A stretch of DNA of 34,145 nt. Source: a virus. Its lineage: Duplodnaviria > Caudoviricetes. Numbering within the stretch: the stretch's first letter is position 1; every line of letters starts with the position of its first letter. The stretch covers positions 1 to 34,145 of the IMG/VR virus record IMGVR_UViG_3300010362_000061; one strand, 5' to 3'. Positions 16,315-24,800 of this stretch are shown here, in pieces. The notes beneath the pieces are model-generated. The model searched no databases. It was not told the DNA's origin and was given only the letters and a program-made list of their open reading frames with translations. The position numbers were made by a program, and so were the translations under genes.

Positions 16315-16881
16315 GTGACCAACTGTGAAGTCTGCGGCACCCCGTTCCCGACCAAGAGCCAGGGCAGCGGGCGGTTTAAGAGGACGTGCTCCAGGCAGTG
16401 CGGCTACCGTCTCCGCCTGCTGGTGAAGACGTGCCCGACGTGCGGCAAGGTCTTCGAGACTAACAAGCTGTCCATGCGCCGGGACTACTGCTCCCTCTCC
16501 TGCATCCAACGCAGCCCGTGCTTGCTGTGCGGGAAGATCATCACCGGGCGTAAGACCTTCCAAGGCGGGGAGCGACGCTTTTGTTCCCGTGCCTGCGCCA
16601 GCTTCGTCAACGGAACCCTGGCCGCGAAGAAGAAGTACGTCATCCTTGGATTCGCCGCGGCCATCCAGCGCCTTGGCCGGTTGGCGTGCGAGGAGTGCGG
16701 CTACGAGATCGTAGAGGCGCTGGTCGTCCACCACCGGAATCACGACCGGGGCGACAACGAACCGACGAACCTCGTAACGCTGTGCGCGAACTGTCACGCC
16801 CTGTCCCACCGAGAAGGCAACGGCACCTCCAAGCGCAACGTCCAACTGGCGCATCTCGTCGCCAAGCATCTATCCGGCTAG
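16315..16881 (+). CDS. HNH endonuclease with three N-terminal CxxC...CSxxC zinc-finger repeats (188 aa)
   Basis: SD AAAGGAG 16302-16308, GTG 16315; CEVC/CSRQC, CPTC/CSLSC, CLLC/CSRAC; CEECG...LVVHHRNHDRGDNEPTNLVTLCANCHALSH. Confidence 0.9.
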   Translation: MTNCEVCGTPFPTKSQGSGRFKRTCSRQCGYRLRLLVKTCPTCGKVFETNKLSMRRDYCSLSCIQRSPCLLCGKIITGRKTFQGGERRFCSRACASFVNGTLAAKKKYVILGFAAAIQRLGRLACEECGYEIVEALVVHHRNHDRGDNEPTNLVTLCANCHALSHREGNGTSKRNVQLAHLVAKHLSG

Positions 16882-18566
16882 ATCATCTTCCCGCTGCCCG
16901 GGGCGGTGAACGAGGGCAGGTTGGACTTGCGGATGCTCTCCAGGTCCTGGTCCGAGTACCCGGCCAGCGAGCCCACCGCGTTGAAGCCCTGCTGTTGGGA
17001 GAAGGTGCCCCGGTTATAGTCCTGGGTCCGCACCCTGTTGGGATTGAAGGCGCCCTGGATTTGCCCCGCGGTCATGTACTGGCCGGGGGTGGAGAGCCCG
17101 CCGGTCCTGGGCACCACCCGGTTCTGGAGCAGCGACTGGGTAAAGTTGCTGGTGGCGAACTGCTGGCCCGGCCCGTTGGCCCCGGCCACGTCCTGGCCTC
17201 TGTTCCCCATCTGCCAGGGCATCTGCCCGCCGGGGAGGTGCTGGGTCGCCGCCCCGGGGGCGCCGAACTGGGGGTAGTTGGGCCGGGTCTGGGTCGGGGT
17301 GCTACTCATCGGCATCAGCCCCTGCCAGGCCGGGTTGGCCGTCGCCCCGCTCAGCCCCTGCTGGGCCACGCCCCACTGCTGCCCGGCCGCGCCCAGCATG
17401 TTGCCCCAAGTGCCCGGGGTGTTCAGGTTGAACGTCCCCGCCCCGTTGGCCGTCGTGACCGGGGCCTGCTGCCCGGCCGTCCCGGCGGGCGGGGGCTGGG
17501 CGGCCGTCTGGGGGTTGGGCACGGCGAACGCCTGCCCGGCCTGCCCGGCCGCGGGCTGGGCCACCCCCTGCATCGTCGGCAGGGTCTGGAGTTGGTTGAA
17601 CTGCCCCCCGGGCACCCCGAACTGGGGCATCTGGCCGGTGGTCGTCGCCGGGCCGAAGGTGGTCTGCTGGACCTGGTTCGTCGGGGCCATCCCGCCCAGG
17701 CCGCCCCGGGCGTTCGCCAGCATCTGGGCCTCGATGTAGTTGCGGGGGTTGCTCATCAAGTTCGCAACATCCTTCGCCTGGTTGAAGGCTTGCTGCTCCC
17801 TGGTGAGAGTGGCCTGCCCGTCGAGGTAGCCGGACTGCTCGGTGTTGAACTGCCGGGCCTTCTCGGTGGGCTGGAAGGTCGACTGCCCGGTGGCCGGGTC
17901 GGTGGTCATCTGGCCGCCGAAGAGGTCGGCCATCTTCTGGATGTTGTCGTTGATGACCTTCTGCTGGTCGATGTCCTCCCCGACCATGTTGTGGCGCTGG
18001 ACCTCGGCCTGCTGGAACTGGCTGATCGCCTGCTGCATCCAGCCCTGGGCCAGCTTGCCCATCGTGTCCTCGCGCTCCAGGGTGGGCACCCCGTCGAAGT
18101 AGCCCATCTGGTCGAGGAGCCCGAGGTTGTACTGGACGCCGGACTGGATCACGTTCGCCAGCGTGGCGAGTTGCTGGTTGTCCAGCCCGCTGGGCATCCC
18201 GTTGATCATCGGCCCCAGCGGGGTCATGTCCCCCGCCTGGTAGCCCCCGTAGCCGGTGACGATGTTCTGGGCGGCCTGGTTCTTGGGGCGGATGATCCCC
18301 ATCCGCACGTAGTCCCGGAAGCGGCTGACCACCGCCGGGTTGGACTGCATGTTCTGGCGGAGGAACTCGTTGAGCCCGGTCGGCCCGGCGTCCACCCGGA
18401 AGAAGTTGCCCAAGACGTCGTCGGCCACCCGGTTCTGGCCGTAGGGGAACTCCCACTCGGGCGTCTCCTGGCCCACGACCGTGCCGGGCGCCTGCGCCCC
18501 GGGTCCGGAGACGAGGTTCCCGATCAGGCCGTAGAGGTTGCCCGTCGCGCCACCGGTCGCGGTCAT
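16878..18566 (-). CDS. Gln/Gly/Asn-rich low-complexity protein, putative internal virion (DNA ejection) protein, 562 aa
   Basis: ATGA overlap; Q/G/N/M-rich, Cys-free, ARQFN and REQQAFNQ motifs reminiscent of pilot/ejection proteins; clustered with a muralytic virion protein. Confidence 0.55.
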   Translation of the reverse strand: MTATGGATGNLYGLIGNLVSGPGAQAPGTVVGQETPEWEFPYGQNRVADDVLGNFFRVDAGPTGLNEFLRQNMQSNPAVVSRFRDYVRMGIIRPKNQAAQNIVTGYGGYQAGDMTPLGPMINGMPSGLDNQQLATLANVIQSGVQYNLGLLDQMGYFDGVPTLEREDTMGKLAQGWMQQAISQFQQAEVQRHNMVGEDIDQQKVINDNIQKMADLFGGQMTTDPATGQSTFQPTEKARQFNTEQSGYLDGQATLTREQQAFNQAKDVANLMSNPRNYIEAQMLANARGGLGGMAPTNQVQQTTFGPATTTGQMPQFGVPGGQFNQLQTLPTMQGVAQPAAGQAGQAFAVPNPQTAAQPPPAGTAGQQAPVTTANGAGTFNLNTPGTWGNMLGAAGQQWGVAQQGLSGATANPAWQGLMPMSSTPTQTRPNYPQFGAPGAATQHLPGGQMPWQMGNRGQDVAGANGPGQQFATSNFTQSLLQNRVVPRTGGLSTPGQYMTAGQIQGAFNPNRVRTQDYNRGTFSQQQGFNAVGSLAGYSDQDLESIRKSNLPSFTAPGSGKMI

Positions 18567-21500
18567 GCCACCCTCCTCTTCGGGCGCTTCCCGCCCGGGG
18601 CCTTAAAGCGGAGCGGGCCGTAGTAGCCCCCGCCTCCTTCCTCTTCGTCGGGAGTGATCTTGTATTGCTCCCCCCAGAGGCTGCGCTCCCCGGTGGGGCT
18701 CACCTGGTACTGCTGGGCCATCCCGTTTCCCAGATCGACCGCCTCGATGTTCGGCTGTGACCCGGCGGCGACCGCCTTCGCGGCGGCCGCGGCCGCCGCA
18801 CCGATCCCCTGCCCGGCCGGCGCGGTGAACCCCCCGGTCCCGTTCTGGGAGACGCCCGCCCCGACGAGGCCCTTCGCCTTGTCGATCAAGCCCTGGTTGA
18901 CCCCCGGGACGGGCGGGATGGTGAGCCCCGCCGGGACGTTCCCCCGGGGCAGGGAGAAGTCGGGGGTGGCGACGTTGGGGTTCGCCAGCCGGATGGCCGG
19001 CATCTGGTCGCGCAGCTTCTGGAGTTCCGCCTGGTGCTCCTCCCAGGACTTCTGGACCGGGCCGGTGACCTCCTCGCCCACCCCCAGGCCGATGGTCCCG
19101 ATGCCCTTGATGCCCTCCGACCCGACCAGCGGGGCCATCGCGGAGAGCACGTTGGCCGAGTTGGCCGCCCCGATGATGCCCCGGCTCTGGGCCTGGTTCG
19201 ACGCGGTCTGGGCGTTGGTGCGCTGCTCCCGGGTCTGGTTGATGTCCCGGTACAGGCCCTCCCGGAGTTCGCGGTCGGCCTGCTGGATCGAGACGCCCTC
19301 GGCCACCTTGTTGTGGCGGGCCACCTCCTCCTGGGTGCGCTGGGTGACGTGGGCGTTGAGGAGGTCGGTCCACTCCTTGGCGTTCTTGACCCCCGCTTGG
19401 ATCACCCCCAGCACCTGCTCCCTGGTGGCGTTGGGGTCGGCCATCACCCGCTGGGCCTCGGCCCAGATTTGGGCCTCCCGCTGCTTCATCTCGGCGTCGT
19501 GCAGCTTGGTGGCCGAGTCGATCAGGTTCCCCGCCGCCGTCGCCTCCGCGCCCGTGGCCTTGGCGATCTCCCCCCGGTTGTAGATCGCCCGCTCCTCCGG
19601 GGTGAGCACGTCGGTGATCTGGGCCGTGCCGTCCGCCCCGACCCGGTAGACCCGCCCGGTCGTGGAGGTGCCGGTGGCGCTGCCCCAGTTGGGGTTCTTC
19701 TCCACGACCAGCTTGCCGTCGTCCCCCGTGCTGACGATGAACTCGGTATCCCGAGGGGCGCTGATCGGCTCCCGCTTAGGAACGTAGCCCTCGTTGGTGA
19801 TCGTCTCGATCTTCTGGGTGCGGGGGTTCCAGATGGTCAGCTTCGGGCCGGTCTGGCCGCCCAGGACGGTCGGTGCGGTGAGGACGTTCTTCTGAAGAGA
19901 CTGGATGATCTGCCCGTTCCGGTCCACGAGCACCAACTGGTCGCCCGTGTCCTGCCAGGAGGCGTCCGCGAGGGGCTCCGTCCCCTCGATCTTGGTGACC
20001 GACCCGTCCGGGTGCAGAAGGAAGGTGCCCTTCCCGGGGACGTTGAAGGTGGTGCCCGGCTTGGCGTCGCGGGGGAGGGTGCCGATAACCTGCCCGTTCT
20101 CTAGGACCGACCCCGACTCGGAGTCGATCTGGTAGGTCGGCTTGTTCGTGTCCGCCTTGTCCTTCTCTTCCTTGGCGATCCGGTCGCGGGCGGCCTGTCT
20201 GGCCCTTAAGAGGTCATCGGTCAGCCCCTCGACGTTCTTCTTCGCCGCCTCCCACTGCTTCCCCTCGCCCTTCTCCTTGTCGTTCAGGCTGTCGTAGGCG
20301 GCGTAGGACGCCTTCCACGTCGAGACGTCCTTGGCAAGGTCGGGGTTCTCCTCGGACCAGCCGGGGAGTCGGTCCCAACCCGGGGTGTACTGGCCGTTCT
20401 TCGGGCGCAGACGCACCTCGGGGGGCAGGTTCTGCCGGTTCTTCTCGGAACCAAAGGCGTCGCCCTTGGGATCGAGCCCGTACTTGGCGTACTTCTCGCG
20501 GATGGCCTGGATGGCTTGCCCGCTCTGATTGAACCGCGTCTCGTAGTCTTTGGCCGCCGCCTCGGCGGCATCCAGCCTCTTCTGGCGCTCGACCACCTCG
20601 GGCGCCAGGTTCACCTCTTCCTCCGGAATCTGGTCGGCTGCGCGTGCCACCCTGGTGCCTCCTGTCCCCGCAGGACCGGCGGTCACGTAGCCCGCGCCGC
20701 CCTTCAGCGTCTGGTTCAGCAGCGTCGTCGCGTCGAAGTCCCGGCCCGCCCCGCCGTCCGGCCCGAACCCGGCGATGATCCCCTTGCCGATCCCCAGGTG
20801 GAGGTGCGGGGGCGCGTTGTTCGTGCGGGCGTTCCCGGTCGTGCCCACGAATCCGAGGGCTTGCCCGGGCTTGACCACCTGGCCCGCCTTGAGGGCGGAG
20901 GGGTCCCGGAGGTGGGCGTAGTAGTAGGTGTTCCCGTCCTCCCCGGCGATCTCGACCGAGTTGCCCCCGCCTTGGTCGTAGTAGGAGCGGGTCACCTTGC
21001 CACCCGCCATCACCTGGACCGGGGTGCCCTCCGGGGCGAAGAGGTCGGCCGCCCCCCGCGCCCCCGGGGCGTTCGACCCCCAGTGGGCGGGAATCTGCCC
21101 CTGCTTGTAGCCGGCGACGGGGAAGACGTAGGCGCTGCTCGCCCGCCCACTCCCCGGTTGCGCGCCGGCCCGGGCCTGGTTCGCCGGCTGGGTGCCCACC
21201 CCGTTACGGTTGGGATCGCCGTTGACCCGCATATCCCCGACCAGCCCGTTGACCCGCTTGGTGTAGTTCGGGCGGAGGTCCTCCCGGGGGCGCTGGGAGA
21301 GCACGGCCAGCGTCCCCATGTCCACGCCGGGGTTCGCCTTCTGGACGGCGCGGAACTCCTTGACCGCCCGCCCGGTGGCGGCGACCACGTCCTCCATCTG
21401 CTCCCGGGTCAGGCCGCTCCCCCGGCCCCGGTCGTTCTCGTGGAACGGCCCGAAGGAGTGGGGCACCCCCCGGTCGTCGTAGTCCCCCGGGTTGGTGTTC

Positions 21501-21619
21501 GACAGCCCGTTCTCCGCAATCGCGGTGGCGACCAGGACGTCCGCCAGGTCGGCGGCGCCCAGTTGCACCGCCGTCTGGCGGATCAGCCGCTCGACCTCTT
21601 TCGTAGACAGCGCAGCCAT
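18563..21619 (-). CDS. Virion-associated peptidoglycan hydrolase / ejection protein: lysozyme-like domain + M23 peptidase + coiled coil (about 1018 aa)
   Basis: VATAIAENG...GD...SFGPF (transglycosylase-like); DLFAPEGTPV...GGNSVEI...YYYAHL...VKPGQALGFVGTTGNA...PPHLHLGI (M23); start ATG 21619 or GTG 21625. Confidence 0.85.
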   Translation of the reverse strand: MAALSTKEVERLIRQTAVQLGAADLADVLVATAIAENGLSNTNPGDYDDRGVPHSFGPFHENDRGRGSGLTREQMEDVVAATGRAVKEFRAVQKANPGVDMGTLAVLSQRPREDLRPNYTKRVNGLVGDMRVNGDPNRNGVGTQPANQARAGAQPGSGRASSAYVFPVAGYKQGQIPAHWGSNAPGARGAADLFAPEGTPVQVMAGGKVTRSYYDQGGGNSVEIAGEDGNTYYYAHLRDPSALKAGQVVKPGQALGFVGTTGNARTNNAPPHLHLGIGKGIIAGFGPDGGAGRDFDATTLLNQTLKGGAGYVTAGPAGTGGTRVARAADQIPEEEVNLAPEVVERQKRLDAAEAAAKDYETRFNQSGQAIQAIREKYAKYGLDPKGDAFGSEKNRQNLPPEVRLRPKNGQYTPGWDRLPGWSEENPDLAKDVSTWKASYAAYDSLNDKEKGEGKQWEAAKKNVEGLTDDLLRARQAARDRIAKEEKDKADTNKPTYQIDSESGSVLENGQVIGTLPRDAKPGTTFNVPGKGTFLLHPDGSVTKIEGTEPLADASWQDTGDQLVLVDRNGQIIQSLQKNVLTAPTVLGGQTGPKLTIWNPRTQKIETITNEGYVPKREPISAPRDTEFIVSTGDDGKLVVEKNPNWGSATGTSTTGRVYRVGADGTAQITDVLTPEERAIYNRGEIAKATGAEATAAGNLIDSATKLHDAEMKQREAQIWAEAQRVMADPNATREQVLGVIQAGVKNAKEWTDLLNAHVTQRTQEEVARHNKVAEGVSIQQADRELREGLYRDINQTREQRTNAQTASNQAQSRGIIGAANSANVLSAMAPLVGSEGIKGIGTIGLGVGEEVTGPVQKSWEEHQAELQKLRDQMPAIRLANPNVATPDFSLPRGNVPAGLTIPPVPGVNQGLIDKAKGLVGAGVSQNGTGGFTAPAGQGIGAAAAAAAKAVAAGSQPNIEAVDLGNGMAQQYQVSPTGERSLWGEQYKITPDEEEGGGGYYGPLRFKAPGGKRPKRRVA

Positions 21620-21650
21620 CACCACTCACCCATATAAAGGAGAAGCGCCC

Positions 21651-21827
21651 GTGAAAAACCAGCGCCCCGCGTCGTGGGGGCCGCACCGGTTCGCCCCGAC
21701 GTGGGACGACCGGCACCCCCGCATCGCCCCGTTCCGGCGGTTCGTGGTCGGGTACGTCCTCGTCCCCATCGCCTGCGTCCTCGGCTTCCTGTTCATCGTC
21801 TGGCTCACCAGCCTCTTCCTCCGGTAG
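21651..21827 (+). CDS. Small single-pass membrane protein (58 aa), moron-like
   Basis: SD AAAGGAG 21636-21642, GTG 21651; FVVGYVLVPIACVLGFLFIVWLTSLFL hydrophobic helix after RR; fills the gap between two minus-strand genes. Confidence 0.75.
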   Translation: MKNQRPASWGPHRFAPTWDDRHPRIAPFRRFVVGYVLVPIACVLGFLFIVWLTSLFLR

Positions 21828-21852
21828 TGTCCAGCCGGCTGGACACTACCGG
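21821..21852. repeat. 32-bp perfect palindrome containing the 16-bp core (21829-21844) and both convergent stop codons
   Basis: ccggtagtgtccagccggctggacactaccgg. Confidence 0.95.
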
Positions 21853-24800
21853 GCCTGGGCCAGTTCCAGGTCGCGCTTCTCCTTGGAGGCCCGGGCGGCC
21901 TCCAGGACGCGGTCGTACTCCGGGTTCTCCCGAGAGCGGAACCGGTGATAGAGGTCCTCGGCCTCCTCGCCGGGGCGCAGGGCGGCGGGGCGCCCGGCGT
22001 CGATCCAGTCCTCCATCTGCCGGACCGCCTGACTGATCCGGTAGTCCTCGGCCGCGGACTCCGACCCCCGGTAGCGGCGCAGGGAGCGTTGCTTGTCCTC
22101 GATGTCGTTCATGCTCGGCCCCCACGTCACGGGGGAGAGCACGCCCCAGCCGTGCTCCGGGTTGGGGATCGGGTTGTCGAAGAGGTCCCGCCGCTCCGGG
22201 AGGTTCTGGCGCTGGCCCGGGACGCGGAAGGTGAGCGCCTCCAAGCCGTCCGTCTCCCGCTGGTAGGGATCGCGGGCGCTCTCGACGGCCTGCCCCAAGC
22301 CGCCGGTCAGGTAGCTGCCGAAGCTGGTGGCGAGGTTGGCGGCCCAGCCGGGGGCCTTGGTGTCCGAGTTCTGGAGGGCGTTGTAGAGGTCCGCGAAGGA
22401 GCGGACGAACAACTGGTCCGACCCCCACCGACCGAAGTTCCCGGCGGCGTCCCCGGCGATCTGGGAGAACTCCTCGTCCGGCTTGTGGTAGAGGTTGGCC
22501 TCCCCCCAGGCGGCGGCCAGGGCGAGGGGCCACGCAATCGGCCCGGGCAGCCGGTCGTAGGCGTAGTAGCGGTCCCCGATGAGGACGGAGTGGGGACGCC
22601 AGCCCTGGGCCTGGAGGATGTCCCGGGTGCGCTGGTCGTCCGGTCCGCTGCCGGTGATGACCCCCTGGGTCGCCATGTCTGACGCCTTCAGGAAGATCGC
22701 CATCCCCAGGGCCTGGTCGGCCAGCTTCTCCCCCGCCCGCTCGACCGTGAAGCCCTTGCCCTTGGCGGCGTTGGCGAGGCCCTCGGCGCCCATCGCCACC
22801 AGGCCCGCCCCGGGGGTGCGCTCGATCCCCCGGCGGGTGATGTTGTAGCTGGTCTTCAGGATGGGCATGATCAGGTTGCCGATGGGGTGGCGGGCGACGA
22901 CCGCGAGCCGGTTGCCGAAGTCCCCCGGGTCGTTCCGGAAGGTCGCCAGTTCGGCCTCGGTCTTGGCCTGCTCGGCGGCCGTCGTCCCGGTCTGGGCCTC
23001 CAGTTCCATCGCCCGTCGCCGGCCCGCGCCCCGCAGGGGGTTCCCCCCTTCTTCGGCCACTTGACGGGCCGCCTGCCGGGAGCGTTCCATCCGGTTGACG
23101 ACGTGGGCGTTGGCGGCGTCCGAGGCGGAGCGGATACGCCCGACCCACTCCAGCTTGTCCCCGACGAACATCCGGACCTTGTCGCCCGCGTTCCAGGGCT
23201 GGCCCGCCGCGATCTTGCGGTCGTGCTCGTCCTGGAGCCGCCGGACGAGGCCCCGGCCCACCTCGCTCTCCCCGGGGGCGGTGGGGCCGTTCTTGACCAG
23301 GGCGGTGATCACCCCGCTCTCGTCGGCCCCCTCGGGCATGGGGACGGCCCGCTGGGCGGCGGCGGCCGCGTCCTCGGCGCTGTCCCCGGAGGCGATGCGC
23401 TCCTGGATCATCCGCGCGATGCGGTCCTCCCGCTCTCGGAGTTCCTTCGCCACCGTCCGCGGAGTCGGGCGCCCGGCGGGCAGGGCCTTCCTGCGCTCCG
23501 CGTCGAAGATGCTCCAGCCCTCCCGGGACAGGGAGTCGAGCATCGCCGCCGCCTCGGCGGCGACCGCGGAGGGGTGCCCGCCCCGGCCGGTGACCTTGCC
23601 CGTCGTCTCGGTGACGAGGTCGCGGGCCAGCTTCCAGCCCATCTCCGAGGGGCCGCTGAGGTAGTCCTGGATCATGCCGCGGGGCCGGGACAGGAGCCCC
23701 GAGTAGCGGGCCGCCTGGGCGAAGTCCATCGGCCCCACGTCGTTCGGCTGCTTCCGGTACGGCCGCGGCCCCCGGGTCGCCTCGGCCGCGGCCAACCGGT
23801 CAGCGATCTCTTGCTGCTCCGGGGTCAGCGGGGGCAACCCCTCCCGGAAGGGCAGTTCCCCGGGCGTGTCGACCGGCAACTCCGGCCGACCCGGCAGGGG
23901 CTGCAAGGGGCGCTCGGCCTGCTCCGGCGGGACGGGCTCGCCCAGCCTGGTCTGGATTTCCCCCTCCCGCTGGGCGAGGGCCTCGGTGCGCGCCCGCTCC
24001 CGGGCCGCCTGCCGGGCGGTGAACGCCTCCGCCTCCGGGGTGGACGGCGGGGCCTCCTCGGGCAGGGAGGTCTGCGCTCCCGTCCCCTCCATCGCCGCGA
24101 TGTCCAGGGGCATCTGCCCCTCGGACGCCCGGGAGGCGTTGGCCCAAGCCGCGTTCGCCCCGCGCTCCGCCTCCCGCGCCTGCTGCTCCGCCTCCCGCAG
24201 GGCCTTCCTGGCGGCGGCCTTCGCCTCCCGGGCGGCCGCGATCTCGTCCGCCGTCCGCGCCCTGAGTTCCGCCCGGTCGGCCTCCGTCGCCAGCCGTTCG
24301 GCCTCCCGCACCCGCGCCCGGGCCTGCCGGGCCTCCTCCCGGAGGGCCTCCCGGCGGTCGATCTCCGCGTTCCTAGCCGCCTCCTGCTCCGGGGTCAGTT
24401 GCCGGGGCGTCCGCTCGCCCTCCGGCTTGGGGGGCATCGGGCGCCGCTCGGGCGGTCCCTCATCCGGCGCAGCCGGCGGGGCCTCCGGGGTCGCCGGGGG
24501 CGGTGGCCCGCCGGCTCCGCCCTCGCCCGGCCCGAGGCCCTCCCCCAATCCGGGGCCGAGGTCGCCCACCGCCTCGGCCTCCGGGGCCATGCCCCGCAGC
24601 TTGGCGACGGCGGCGTCGTACTCCTCTGGGGTGTGGCTGCGTCGGATGCGCTCCAGTTCGACCTGAATCTGCTGCTCCCTCCCCGGGGGGATGAGGTCCT
24701 TGACGAACTCGACGTAGGCGTTGGCGATCTCCTGGTCCTCGGCCGACTTCCCCCGGGCCGCCCGCATGGCGGCGGCGATGGCCTGCTGGGCTTCCAGCCC

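Noticed and set aside
16261-16315. Third copy of the HNH structured leader
   Set aside because: No CCCCCG/CGGGGG stem or CGGCAC linker upstream of the zinc-finger HNH; only an SD is present
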